A DNA stretch of 63,790 bases, the filler included, from Reticulomyxa filosa (lineage: Eukaryota; Protista; Foraminifera): NCBI GenBank assembly GCA_000512085.1. It is 19 parts of 19 records of this genome, joined end to end, with 100 filler letters (N's around TTAATTAATTAA, not from the genome) between each part and the next. Parts side by side here need not be neighbours in the genome. Positions count along the whole stretch, not along the records: positions 1 to 3,445 come from ASPP01005821.1; positions 3,546 to 12,299 come from ASPP01026807.1; 17 more parts are not named here. One strand, written 5' to 3'. Position 1 is the stretch's first letter. Every line of letters starts with the position of its first letter. Below the pieces are notes generated by a model that was not told the origin of the DNA, did not search any database, and saw only the letters and a list, made by a program, of their open reading frames with translations. Below, one piece after another: positions 1-12,299 of this stretch. The translations under genes were made by a program, and so were the position numbers.

Positions 1-41
1 CAAAATACTCCCCTTCTTTAGAGAAAAAAAAAAGATTTTGT

Positions 42-1559
42 TTAAACTTGAGATGTTTTTCCTCGATTATGATTGTCAGTGTGAATAGATTTATCCAAAT
101 ACTCTCTTTTGGTGTCGTAGCCGTCAATTGCATGGCCAGTCGACAAATCATCATTGTTTTCATCCTTTTCGATCGAAGCACTTCCATTGAAATGATATTC
201 GTGTTCAATATTTTCACGTGTAACATCCACTTTGTTTTTATGTACCAACACGCGTTCATTTTCGACAGGCCAAAATGCGGGGACACTATCCAGAAATGCT
301 GTTTGAGGTGAGGTTTTTACAGATAGCAAATTGTTAAACTAGTGCGCTTTTTTGTTCATTTCCCTCTTGCAAAAAACAAACAAACCAGGATTGGAGTGTA
401 TAAACCACTCTTGTAGTTCAGCAAAATGACCATTGTTGTGACAGCAAATGGGTAACTCTTTTTTAAAATATTTTGCAAAAAACCATTGATTCATTTGTGC
501 AGCTGAAAAAGGTCCTTGAACGACACCTTGGGGATCTTTGTACCACCATTCATTCAATTTGCTTCCACTCGGTGTGGTGATAGTATGTCCATTGGTTCCT
601 TTTGGTTGCGTCATAGGACCTTCCAAGTTTGCACACGGATCCACCAAATGTATAACACATTGACATATATGTATATGCACATAAGCGTAAAGAAAAGTTA
701 TAAACATATATGTACATGTGTATATTCATCCGAACTGTGATCGATTGCAACAGGTACATCAGCGTGGATTGGATAGCCTTGCAACGAATAATGCCCAAAA
801 GACGACCTTTTCGAGGACTCTTCCACACTTCGATGTGACATCTCATCCTACAATTGTAATTCCAAGACCATACATACACAAAACAGTTGTTAATCTTCTT
901 TCAACTTAATCAATTTGTACGTAAAAACAACACAAAGATGTGACCAACTTGTGTCCAAGTATTTGCAAAAGGGGACATTGTTATCTTCGACGGTGTGTCT
1001 AACGTTTTCCTCGATTGTGATTGCTTGGGCGGGGTTTCATCGAAAAGTCCGTCCAACAAACCCGCAATGGTTTGTTGTGCTTCACTGTATTCTGTGCTAT
1101 CTTTTGTCGTTTCTTCGTTTGTCCTTGTGTCTTCATCTTCCATCATCACATTTTTATTTCCATTGCTTTCATATATACATTACATATATATGTATATATA
1201 TATTTTTTTTTTTTTTTGCGATTTTCCTGAGAGGAAAAAAGAAAAAATTGCATCCACAAGTTTTTTGTTTATCTCATATGGAAATAATCCCCAATCAACT
1301 TCTTCCTATTGTTTTGATACTGTGATTCATAATTATATTGAGGATAGCATTCATTTCTGACTTTTTTGTTGTTATTGACAAAATCACTTTGATGCCCATT
1401 TTCATGGAGTATTTCAATTGGCAGGTTGGGAAAATTGCTGTTCTTGATTCGATTTTTATTGGAAGAATTAGCGTCTAATGATCGTTTTATAAATAGATGA
1501 TGCGATTGATAATGAGGATGACCATAAGAGCTGCTCCTTGCTTCGTCTTTTGTTATCAA
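42..1559 (-). CDS. GYF-domain protein (spliced, boundaries uncertain)
   Basis: The exon at ~370-620 encodes WWYKDPQGVVQGPFSAAQMNQWFFAKYFKKELPI, matching the GYF consensus W.Y.D..G..QGPF....M..W...GYF. Neighbouring same-strand ORF segments (42-329, 910-1149, 1269-1559) are separated by TA-rich intron-like stretches. Confidence 0.8.
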
Positions 1560-2539
1560 CAGTTTTTGTTTGTTTTTGATAGTCGATTATTGTGTTTCAT
1601 TCGTTCATTACCATTTCTGCTTGCATTTCACTTGTGAGGAAACAAAGAAACCTTACCATGATAAGATTGAAAGTTAGTCCTGTTTTATTTGTTTTGCAAG
1701 TTGTGTACATTACGCATTTACTTTTCTGTTTCTCTTTTGGTTCATTTTATTTGCTTGTTTTCTAGAAATGAAATGTCTGTAATTCAACTTTATTTGTTCC
1801 ATATTTGACATAAATAAAGCAGATGCTTGGAATTGTACGTTATGGATCTAAATAATCTAGTTTGAGTAAGTGTAACTCACTTGTAATAAAACTATAAAAC
1901 TATATTTTTCAATGTTGTAAAAAAGATTATGTTGAGTCATTGCTTTTTACTTTCAAGAAGAGAAAATAATGATGCTTTTGCCTCGTGCAAAAGAAAATGC
2001 GACATTTTATTCTTCAGTGTTTTTAAAAAATTGTAATAAAAGGTTAAAATTTTTATTTTAGTATGATGATAAACGTACTGTAGGACAACTCCATCTAACT
2101 ATGATTTAAGTGTGAATGTACTTGAACCTTTTTGTTACTAAAACTTTTCACATTTTTCCATCAAAATCTTTTCTTTGTTTTCTTTTTTGTCTTGTGTCTA
2201 GTGATTTATTTTCTTATTTAGTTTATTTTTGTTTTATTGAAAGTTCATTACAGTAACAACTCTTTCATATTACATTTAAGTTGCATTGATCATACAATAC
2301 TTTCTTGTTTTTAAAGTTCATAATCATAGACTATTGTAGATCATGATCAAGGTCTGAATGGACAAAAAGATATAAAAAAACATAAAAAGTAACTTAAAAC
2401 AGCAATTCACAAAGAAATCAATTTACAAGTCACCGAGCCCCCTACAAACTACGATGTTCTTGTTCTGACAAGGTTTCATATTTTTTGTTATCATATTACG
2501 TGAAGCTTCCACACTTTAACACATTAACACTTTTTTCAA

Positions 2540-3400
2540 AGCTGCACTCTTGATCTTAAGGTGTACTGAACCAATGGATTAAATAATTGTATAACGACCA
2601 AAAAATTTTGTCAACATTTTGATTTGTTACACACGAACAATATGACGAATCACATATTTCAAATTATATTTTTGTAGTTGTAATTTCTTTGTGCAAATAA
2701 TGTTCACTGACTAGATGCAGTTGCTTTTGTATAGTCATTTGTATTCATGTTATAACTCAAGTTCTTTTCATACTAATTGCAATTGTGTATCTGGCACCAA
2801 ATGAAATTTTTCACTTTATACTAATTCATATGAACTCACCTTTAACATTTTATTGGATGTCACGTGTAAGAAGTAACGATTACTGGTAAAAATAAGGTCA
2901 AGTCAACATTGTTTGTGAAATCCAAATTCATTGTCTCTAATCACATATCAATAAAATCATTCCAGCATATAATTCGTTTGTTAATGATTAGACGATGTAA
3001 ACAATTATTTTATTATAATTATCTTTGACATAAGGTTCGCAATTTTCATTTAAACTGTATTGTTATATGATAAAATTGTTTCATGAACGTAATGCGGTAA
3101 ATCTACTCACTTGTAAAATATAATGTGATTTCGTTTGATGTATTTATTTTAAGAGATACTGCAGCTTCATAGAGTGTGAGCAGATCTATAATTGTCAAAA
3201 TATATTGATTATCTAATTCTGCAACAATGTATAACGCGACCATTTGGAAAGGTCTTGATGATGGAAAGTGTTTGATTTTAACAACATTTACTCAATTGGA
3301 CACTTGACATGTGGAACAATGCTTGCAAAAGCGTTTTAAATGTCAACTAATATTGCCCAATATAATCTTTCTTGAATAGTCTAACATTTGTTGTGCAAAC
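2540..3400 (-). mobile_element. Degenerate Ty3/gypsy-type LTR-retrotransposon integrase relic
   Basis: Manual minus-strand translation across stops and frameshifts: TIQERLYW..DI/KRFCKHCSTCQ (Zn-binding CxxC half, ~3304-3380); PSSRPFQMVALYIVAELDNQYILTIIDLLTLYEAAVSLK (core start); ETILSYN (~3061-3085, the SDNG motif); FTSSNH*QTNYMLE*F (the TSPYHPQTNG..ER motif); LFLPVIVTSY; KMLTKFFGRYTII (GPY/F module, ~2590). The motif order is that of an rve integrase. Confidence 0.85.
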
Positions 3401-3445
3401 TGGTGTAGGGGAAGTCCCTATTATAAATCCCCAACTACTAACGGA

Positions 3446-3545
3446 NNNNNNNNNNNNNNNNNNNNNNNNNNNNNNNNNNNNNNNNNNNNTTAATTAATTA
3501 ANNNNNNNNNNNNNNNNNNNNNNNNNNNNNNNNNNNNNNNNNNNN
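3446..3545. other. Artificial contig-joining linker (N44-TTAATTAATTAA-N44), first of 18
   Basis: Identical 100-nt spacer containing a six-frame-stop 12-mer. Also at 12300-12399, 14272-14371, 15850-15949, 18268-18367, 21616-21715, 25158-25257, 30933-31032, 32106-32205, 34501-34600, 36170-36269, 39247-39346, 41900-41999, 51419-51518, 52519-52618, 54159-54258, 60377-60476, 61681-61780. Confidence 0.98.
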
Positions 3546-3936
3546 GTTGTTGTTGTAAGACAATAGGATTGAAATCACATCGGCCTAACTATTGCCTGAT
3601 ATCCCAAAAAAAAAAAGTAATGCTGTTTTTTTTTTTTTTTCCCCCCCCCCCTCCTTTTTCAAAACTAGTGTAGGTCTTGCCACTGCCAGGCGCACCATGC
3701 GCAACAATGCAACAGTCCCTGCCTGACAAAAAATCACTGACTAATGGCTGGAATGCGTCAAATACTTCCTCTTGCTTCGCCTTCACCGGTAGCACTTTTG
3801 AAAAAAATAAGTTAAATTCATCATCAACACGGAGATAGTTTTTTATTGGAAACGGTTTGATATGCTTTGATTTTATTGGCACATGCTTATTGACACTTTT
3901 CTCTCCTTTAAATCGAACAAACACATTCACGGCCAT
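3546..3936 (-). CDS. Kinesin motor domain, 5' part (truncated by contig end)
   Basis: ATG at 3936: MAVNVFVRFK...FFSKVLP...QEEVFDAFQPLVSDFLSGRDCCIVAHGAPGSGKTYT. This matches the kinesin V.VR.R, F..V.....Q..VF and P-loop (G.xGSGKT.T) motifs. Confidence 0.85.
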
Positions 3937-4242
3937 TGCAGCGTTCCTCTCAATAATTAAAAAAAACTCAAAAACAGTACCGTTTTCCAACCCAATGCCA
4001 AGAAAAAATACTTGCAATTTAAGTAAAATATCAGAGCCTTTTAACTTTTTTATGGCTTCTTATGACACAAATACTTACAGTTGCTTCTTGTGGCCCTTAA
4101 GCTATTATTAATAGCAATATTTTGTCTACAAAAAAATTTGCATCTGAAGTGAACTTACAAACTTTGTGTTTAAAAAAGCAAAGTTTCGAGACTGCAAAAG
4201 GTGGTTAAAATTTTTTTTTTTGATTTTTAGTCATTCCTAATC
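3937..4242. promoter_or_regulatory. Probable bidirectional promoter between the kinesin and LamG-like genes
   Basis: ~306 nt between divergent ATGs on the same contig; no specific motif identified. Confidence 0.4.
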
Positions 4243-5019
4243 ATGGCTGAAGCATTACGTGAAAAAGAGAAAGGTGAAAAGGACAAGATAGAAACAAGTG
4301 ACAAAAAAACTACCGAAACCAAAGGCGGTGAACAAGAGGAGGGCAGCCTGACTAAGCCGGTAGTGAGCAAATGGTCGATATTAAATCCTAGATTTGTATG
4401 GGGCGGTGGTAAATGTAAACGAAGAAATTTTATTGGTCGTGTGACTATAAGTGAATGTTTTCGTGTTTCATTTGATCTGAAAGTGCATGGACAACATGGA
4501 AACCATTGGGCAAGCATACTCCATATTGGAGCAGTAGACGGAGAGCGAATACCCGGAGTTTGGTTCCATCCAGGAACTTTGCAATTGCATGTTCGAGTGA
4601 GGTACGGACATAATTCTCTTCCCCCTCCCCTTTTTTTGGGGTCTTTCTTGAAAAAAAAAACTTGTAATTTTCTGTGATGCAGTGATATTGAAGACGGAAA
4701 CCGAGGTTATGACCCCAATTCGTTATGTGAAATCGGGGAAACATATCATATTGAAGTCGAGTCCCTGAAGGATGGAACAGTGACATTCAAATTGAATGGA
4801 AAAGTAATTACCACCAGAGGAGATGTTGTTGTGTTGACCAAATTCCAAGCACCCATTTTTGCTGGCGATCCATGGTTTGTGCATGCATTTTTTTTTTAAC
4901 AATAACACTTTGTAAGGTGCTTGTTCGCATATTTATCATTTTTTGCAATGGGTGTTTCAACGTATAGGTATGAACCCGCACAAGCAAGCATTGCAAATCT
5001 TGTTGTTGAGCCATCATAA
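4243..5019 (+). CDS. Small protein with one LamG/concanavalin-A-like domain; 3 exons (4243-4601, 4683-4874, 4968-5019)
   Basis: GT..AG introns at 4602-4682 and 4875-4967 restore one frame: ...WASILHIGAVDGERIPGVWFHPGTLQLHVRVS|DIEDGNRGYDP...YHIEVESLKDGTVTFKLNGK...IFAGDPW|YEPAQASIANLVVEPS*. The pattern is beta-sandwich-like. Confidence 0.7.
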
Positions 5020-5302
5020 AAGTGTGCGTAGAATGAATTCACTTTTGGGCAAATGCTTTTCAGTTGATAAAAATTTTTCAAAAAATAAATAATAACCATC
5101 GTTTAAATTCTTCATGTTGTAGCCTCTCTCAAATTTTACCAAAAAGTTATAAGAATAAATTAAAAAGATGAATATCTAATGTCCTAGCTGACATGACAAC
5201 GCATCAGTATACTTTTCCTATTAGTATTTTTCGTATCTTCATAATCGAATAGTTGACAACACCAGAACTAAAAAAAAATTTAAGAATGAATATTTCTGTA
5301 CG

Positions 5303-8300
5303 ATGAGTTCCAAATATCCGGACAATGATGCTATATACTTCATTACAGAGTTTGTGGGAATTGGCTTATATTGTGTTAATGTCGGGCTTCTTCTCTCGTG
5401 GTCTTTTGAAGTATTTTTATTACGTAAAGAAAAATGTCTAAAAATCCCAGCTGCATTTGTGGCATTTTTTGCGTCATTAACCTTTGCGTTGATTTCAAGC
5501 ACATTGTTTTTTGGAACTCACACGTTTGCACTATTGAAAACAACACATCACTTGTCGGGGATATTAGATGGGAGTGGGGAGTATTCAGTAAATTCGTCGA
5601 TCTCTTCCGACACGTTTGCGAGTATTCGTTTTATGTGCCATTACTGTGTGTTAATTGGTTTAATCAGCAAATGGTTAGCGAAATACTGCATTTGGTTTTT
5701 CAGTGTCGTAAGAGGACGAATGGTGTTGTGCGCACTACACAGTGCGTTACGAGGGATAATCCAAAAGTCTCCCTACATTGTGGTAAGTAAAGCACGTTTT
5801 TTTGTATGTGGTACATGTGTTAGTGTATGTATATATTTTGTATGCACGTATGTAAAAAAAAAAAAAAAAAAAAAAAATAATAATATATATATGTACATAT
5901 ATATACGTATATTATAAATGTATATAAAAGTGGAAGTATATTTGTGTGTTGTATTGCAATATAATAATCCGATAACAATAACAAAAAAAGATGGCACACG
6001 GTGCAATCGTGAGTATATTATTAGTGTTTGTTGTTCATTCCGGATATGAGAAGGGAAAGTACACATGTTGGATTTCAATGCCTTACTGGATGCTCGTATG
6101 TGGTGTCATGATTGGTGATTTAATATATGGATTTGGTTTTTTTTATGTTTTTTTGGAGAGTTTAGTTTTTTTTAAAGATGCGTGTAAACAAATAAATAAA
6201 TAAGTATATACATATATTTATATATTTATTTATTTATTTGTTTGTTAGTTATAAATTTAAATTATGTAATGATTACCATAAAAACACATGCAAATATGTG
6301 AAGGGGTACAAAAAGTCGATGGAAAGTGTTAAAAAAAGTATGCCCGTTTTTGAAGTAGAAAAAAATCGACAACAAATGCGTCGTCACTTGTTTGCGTATT
6401 CCGTACAGGGGATAATGACGTTGGTCTGTTACGGGATAGTGATATGGATGGAAATGAACTTTGTGTCTGTGTTGCTGTGGGAGCTGGACTTGACAGTGAG
6501 CAACATGTGTGTGTACAGTTTATTCCGCAAGCGCGAAGATCAGAGTTGCTATTCACTTTGCTGCAAGCGATGGAAATGTTGCGGTTGCATGAAGACGACA
6601 GACGGAATGGACAACGCGGAGCTGCGTCCAAGACTGAGTGCCAAAGACCTGCCCTCGCTCACCTCGCAAACCCATAGCATGTCTCTGTTCTTCCCCAATC
6701 GTTGGAAGGGAGGAAGAGATTCCATCGCCCTGTCGGCCATGTCGCGCAAGATTACGCGCAAGTCATCCCACGACGACAAAAGTAAAAGTGCGAGTCGAAG
6801 TCATCGTCAAGCCAATCTCTCCGCTTTCCATCATCGTCAGCAGCATCAGCATCAGTATCAGCACCATGATCAAGCTAGCCAAATGAATGAAGCTGCAAGG
6901 CCTACTTTGGTCAGTTTGAACAGTGGTAGCCGACTTAGTGACAGTTTCGACTTATTTATAGGAACAAAGAGAGGGGGGGGAGGGGTTACGTACTTTATTT
7001 GTGTTTAAATTGAATCATATTTTATATTGTATTGTAGGCAATGCTGATATATCACCTCCAGTGCCGCTGTCGGTGCCGCTGTCCGTAGCAGACTCGATGA
7101 AACACCGACAGACGACGGTGGCTCAACTGAAAGCGCAGGTGGAGATGAGCGAACCGTTCAAGACTCAAGACAGCGGCGTCATGGCTGTTCCGCCCATTCC
7201 CTTTTATTCCCTGTCTTCCAACAGCGTGTTGAGCAACAGTAGCGATGGCACAGGCACAGCCACAGCCACAAACGCAGGCATAACCACTGACGCAGACACA
7301 AACGCAATTGCAAATGCAAATGCAAATGCAATGACAAAGGAGACCAAAGTGAGATTGGGTGATCGTCGTCACGATCATGAGTTAAGCCAAAGTGGGGATG
7401 AAATAGACAACAATAATGACGATGATAATGATTACGAGGATGATGATGATTACGAGGATGATGATGATGACGATGATGATGTTCATTATACTGGGTTTCC
7501 TTACAATGGTCCCGTGTTTCTTATCTCCGAAAGTGCGCATGACTTGGGGATCACGACGGGTGGTGCCGCGTCGACCCGCGATTTGACAAGTGCGCCGACC
7601 TCGCATGCTTCGGAATCCTTTCCCGTTCATTCCAAACACGACACCAATCACCAAATCCCAATTGCTGCCATTCAACTGGAATTGGCAAAGGCTAGCTCAC
7701 TCTTGGGGCTTGGCCATCGCACCAAGGCGCAAAAGCAACAGCTCTCCCAAAGGCTTGCTCGTCTCTCACTTATCGAATCCAAACAGGGAGATCCCGGACA
7801 CGAACGTACTTTTTTTTTTTTTTTTTTATTCGTTTTCGCGTATTTTCGTATTGTTTTTTTTTTTTTTGTCATTTTTGTAAACTCAAATCCAATACTAACA
7901 ACGGTATATATTCGCTCGATCAAACTCACGCTTGTCAAAGTGCATGAACAAAGGGAAGTGCCCAGCCCAACTGAAAAGGACGAACAAGAAGAAAAGGAAA
8001 CCAAGAGGAAGAAAAGGAATACGATGATGGTGAGGATAACGATTATAACGAAAGCGGGACAGCGCATCAAGACCCATTGAAGAAAGGTGGCATGCGTGGT
8101 TTGAACGTGGACATTAATTCTGAACAAGTACAACGTGCGATACGATACTCTCGAACACCACAACCCTATGAAACCACTTTAAAGAAACATCACCAGCAAA
8201 GCAATTCTACAGTTTTGTTTTTCTTTTACACACACATCAATAAACTAATAAGAGTACAAACATATTGCCACGTATAACTCACTCACGTAACTTATCCCCT

Positions 8301-8873
8301 TTTTTAAAAAAATTTCTTTGTATATTTTGATACGTAATCAAAAAAAAAAAGAGAGAAAAACCACCGAGCCCTTTGTCTGCTCGTCTTGCGAAAGAAATAC
8401 TCGTTCTTGACAATAATTATGATGGCGAAGCGAAGGAAATGGAAATTCGTCCAATCGAAAGTGATGATGCTTTGTTCTCGAAACAAACCGAACATTCTTC
8501 CGCAAAAGACATCCCCAATCGGCATAGCCACCGTTCCCAATCAAATGGAGTCCCTGTTCACCAAAAACTCCGTCCTCAAACTACTGACCCCGAAAACAAA
8601 CAAAGGGCTATTTCGAGCATGGTTGTTACCCTTGGTAATGTTGTTGCCAATGAACTCTCTCATCCTTCCTTTGGGGCTGACACTACTCTCAATAACCCGT
8701 CTATGCCATCCAATGAAACTCACGTGCATACTTTCTCTTCCACCACTGCCGTCGAAGGTAAAATGCCACCGGCCACTGGCCATTTTTACGATGCTCGCTT
8801 GTCATCCAATGAATTGACATCAGATCGTAACAATGCAAATGGCACAAACACTCCAGATTTTTCAGAAAAATGA
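5303..8873 (+). CDS. Seven-transmembrane GPCR-like protein with a long low-complexity C-terminal tail (multi-exon)
   Basis: Seven hydrophobic segments across exons starting at 5303, 5991 and ~6300, with Cys at the top of TM3 and in the loop before TM5. Intron 5783-5990 (GTAAGT..AG, phase 0) gives a clean join. Downstream ORFs 7001-8080, 8077-8277 and 8373-8873 are hydrophilic and on the same strand. Confidence 0.65.
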
Positions 8874-9367
8874 AAATCTTAATTATGATTTTTTCCCTCA
8901 TAATATCACTTTTTTTTTTTGCGGTGGTTTTTTTTTTTTTAGTCTTGTTTTGTGGAAATTTTTGTTTTTATTGTACACAGCCTTGCATGTGTTGGATTTA
9001 TATTAAAGTGTTGTTTTTGTTTTTTTTTGTTGTTATTGTTGTGATTTGATGGTTATGAATAACGGACCGAAACGTTAAATTGTCACTGATAAAAATCAGT
9101 TGAAATTGGTTTTGACACGGCTCGCCAGTATCGAGCACAAATGATTAAATCGTATAATACAATATTTTGAATTCAAAGAAATCTAATTAATGCTGAATCC
9201 TCTTCAAATACTTGGATTTTGGCTCAAATATAAAATGAATAGCACTTTTTCCAAAAAAATGTAAGGATGGATAATCCTCTTTATCTTTTTTAGATTAAAT
9301 TAGAAAAAAAAAGAAGTACAGAAGAAGACAAGCATAAAAACAAAAAAAAGTTGCAATAGGATAATTC

Positions 9368-12299
9368 TTATTCATGCACAATCTCTTTTTTCATTTGTTG
9401 TGGCGTTGATAAATCTAATACCTTCATAAAATCTTGAAGATCTTGTGGCTATTTAAAATATAATGCGTGATAATTATTTCAAAAAGAAAGTGTATTTTAT
9501 AATACTTACCATAGAAGAAAGGGACATTGGGATATCAGTTTGGACCATTTGCAATAAATGTTCCCAAACCTTTTTGTACGTTTGCTTGTTATCCTCTAAT
9601 TTTTTATCAATATCTGGATGTGCTTCGTGTCTAATTCTTTCTTTCATAGCTTTCAACTCTTTTCGTCGTTTCCACATTGCACGAAAATTATCCCAATAAT
9701 CTTCACCATAATCAGTTAATAGTTCCTCTCCTGCTTTGATTTCCTTGTTTTATTTTTATGAATCAAAGTCAATATTTTAAAAAATAGTTAATAAGATTAT
9801 AGGTAAAAATATACATATACTTAACTCTTGTAGAAACTGCAAAAATGTGAGGCCAATAATTTACTAATACTTCATGCATGGTCACATTTGCAGTTCGTTT
9901 TGATGTTGGCAAAGATATTTTTTTATCATCATCTGCTTTCTTCGTTATATCCTTCGCTTCTGCATCATCATTGCTAGCCATTTTCAAATCTGTATTGTCC
10001 TTCGTAGAGGATGAAGAACAGTTATTTTCTTTAGTGAAATCATCACGATAATCGTTCATATAAACACCTCTATTTTGTAACGTGCAATGTTAGCTATGCT
10101 ATATAATAAATGTAAGTAAGAGAAAAAAAAAACAAACTCATTGTGGTAATCTTGTGGATCAATCACCATTTGATCATTTGGTACTGGGCCCCATGAAAAT
10201 GTTTTATCCCTTTGTTGATGCCAGTGCGTTTGTCCATTTAAATTACATAAAGTGGTCTGATCCAGTTCATGTTCAATGTCATGTAGCAGCTTTTCTGCTT
10301 CACGTACTTGATTCACCACACCAGTATATTCAAATAATACCGTATGTTTTGGTATGTCTTGAACTGCAAAAAGGCCATACACCGTATTTTGATGAATAGC
10401 ACTTTCCAAACATTTCATTGCAGGATTGTTCGTATCAGTAATTTGGCCTTTTTAAAAAAAAAATTACATTCAGCAGTAATGTGTGATAAAAATAGTATTT
10501 TAAAACATTTTAAATATTTTTTTATCCCCTCTTCTTTCTCAAATTAATACCAACAACATAAGACCATGATGCAGTGTCACAATGAATGGACCATTCCTTC
10601 CAGTTTCTTTCCAAAAGTTCTATGACTTGATTCGAGTTATGTAGATCTTGGACATTCCATTCATCACTGATGTTTTCCAAATAATATTTTGGAATTTTTG
10701 AAATTATCTTGTTTAGCTTTTGTTCTCGTAACATTTTGAGACATTTTTGTTCCCTCCTTAGTTTAATAGGCTTTTTATTTTTATCCCACCATATATTTTT
10801 GTGATATGCATACAATGGCATTTTCATAAGATTAACAAACAAAACATAGATATTAACTCTAGATTTAACACTATGCACTTGTTGTTGCGTGATAAATTTA
10901 GAATTAACAATGTCCGTAAGAGGTACTGGAATGAACCCATCAAACGTTTGCTTCATCCTTTCAGGAATTGACAGATGATTGGAATGGTGATGTACATCTA
11001 CGTTTGGTTGCGGTGATTTCGCTTTTGATACCGGTTCGTTGTTATTATTTTCTTTTTTTGTTACTTGAAAATAAAAGGATAATGGAGTTTTAGAAGAGCT
11101 TTGCAATTTTCCAATAATTGCCTGTGCCTTTGGAGGTGGTAAAGCATCTGGATTTTTAAATGCCCATGTTTTCCAATATGTGATAATCGAATCATAAAAA
11201 GCAGGATCTGGATGTTTCCATTCGTTTGCAATAGGTGGGTAATTTCGCCACTTGATTAAGTATTGATCGGATTCTTTATCATGATCAATAATTTGATCAA
11301 CTTCAAAGCATATTTGATCCTCTTGTTTCAAAATTGCTTGACGTCGTTTCATCAACACTGTTAAATCATTGTTATTATAATCCCTACAAAGGGGACAGAA
11401 CCAAGCCAAATGATAATCATCCAAATTAGATCTTTTCAAATGATCGAATAAAGTGGATGGAACAGTTGCCAATAAATCAGGATAACAAGGACAATTCATA
11501 TGAGTTATTTTCTGGCAATCACATACTGAGAGAAAGTGTTGTTTAATATCTTCTAATCCACATATGGGGCATATAAACTCTTCCAAATGTGCATCTCTCA
11601 TTGCTTCTATTAGTGCTTCGTCTTTGGGGACAGTTTGACTTTGATAAAGAATTTGACGATCTATTTTCATACAAGTAATATATATATAAATTGATTTCAT
11701 TTAATGCAGTTTTATATTCATAATATGACGCTTCCTTACATTGATATCGCTTCCTTAGGTAGTGTTGAAGCAAGTCATTGTTGTGATCATAGCTGGACAA
11801 AGTTGCAACGAATAGACAAAATCCTTCTTCGCTTACATATTCTTCACCTTGAAATGTTACTACATATTTGAACAAGCTATTTCGACAATCAACAAAATCA
11901 AATTAAAAAGTTTACTTTATGCTTTCTTTTTTTTTTTTTTTGCAAACAAATAAATAAATAAAAAAAAAACATAAACAAAATTTAAATTTTTTGTTTTTTT
12001 TCAAAACGAATGGGTCAATCCTTTATGCTTAATAAAATTATCTTCTAAAGATGATATAAACATGTCTTTATAAATACGAAGTGTCCCTTGCTGGAAGCGA
12101 TTACCGAGAGAGCCAAGTAAGTCATTGACATTAACCCACACATGAAATAAACTTAAATCTTCAGGTACCTTGTCTGTATGAATTTTTTCCATTTTCTTTG
12201 GATTGGCATATTTTGTTGCCATTTTTAACCATTCATGATCATTTCTTGCATTCTTTTTGTCTTCTCCTGCCAAACGTACTTGCTCGAGTTTGCGCACTT
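9368..12299 (-). CDS. PHD-chromodomain-SET protein (putative lysine methyltransferase), 5'-truncated, multi-exon
   Basis: PHD-like CPIC..CDC..HMNC...WFCPLC (~11570-11390); chromo FEVDQIIDHDKESDQYLIKWRNYPPIANEW (~11310-11220); SET YGLFAVQDIPKHTVLFEYTG...VIDP..YHNE..MND...WPHIFAVSTR|.IKAGEELLTDYGEDYW (~10400-9690). The last exon ends ...EIVHE* at 9368. Confidence 0.85.
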
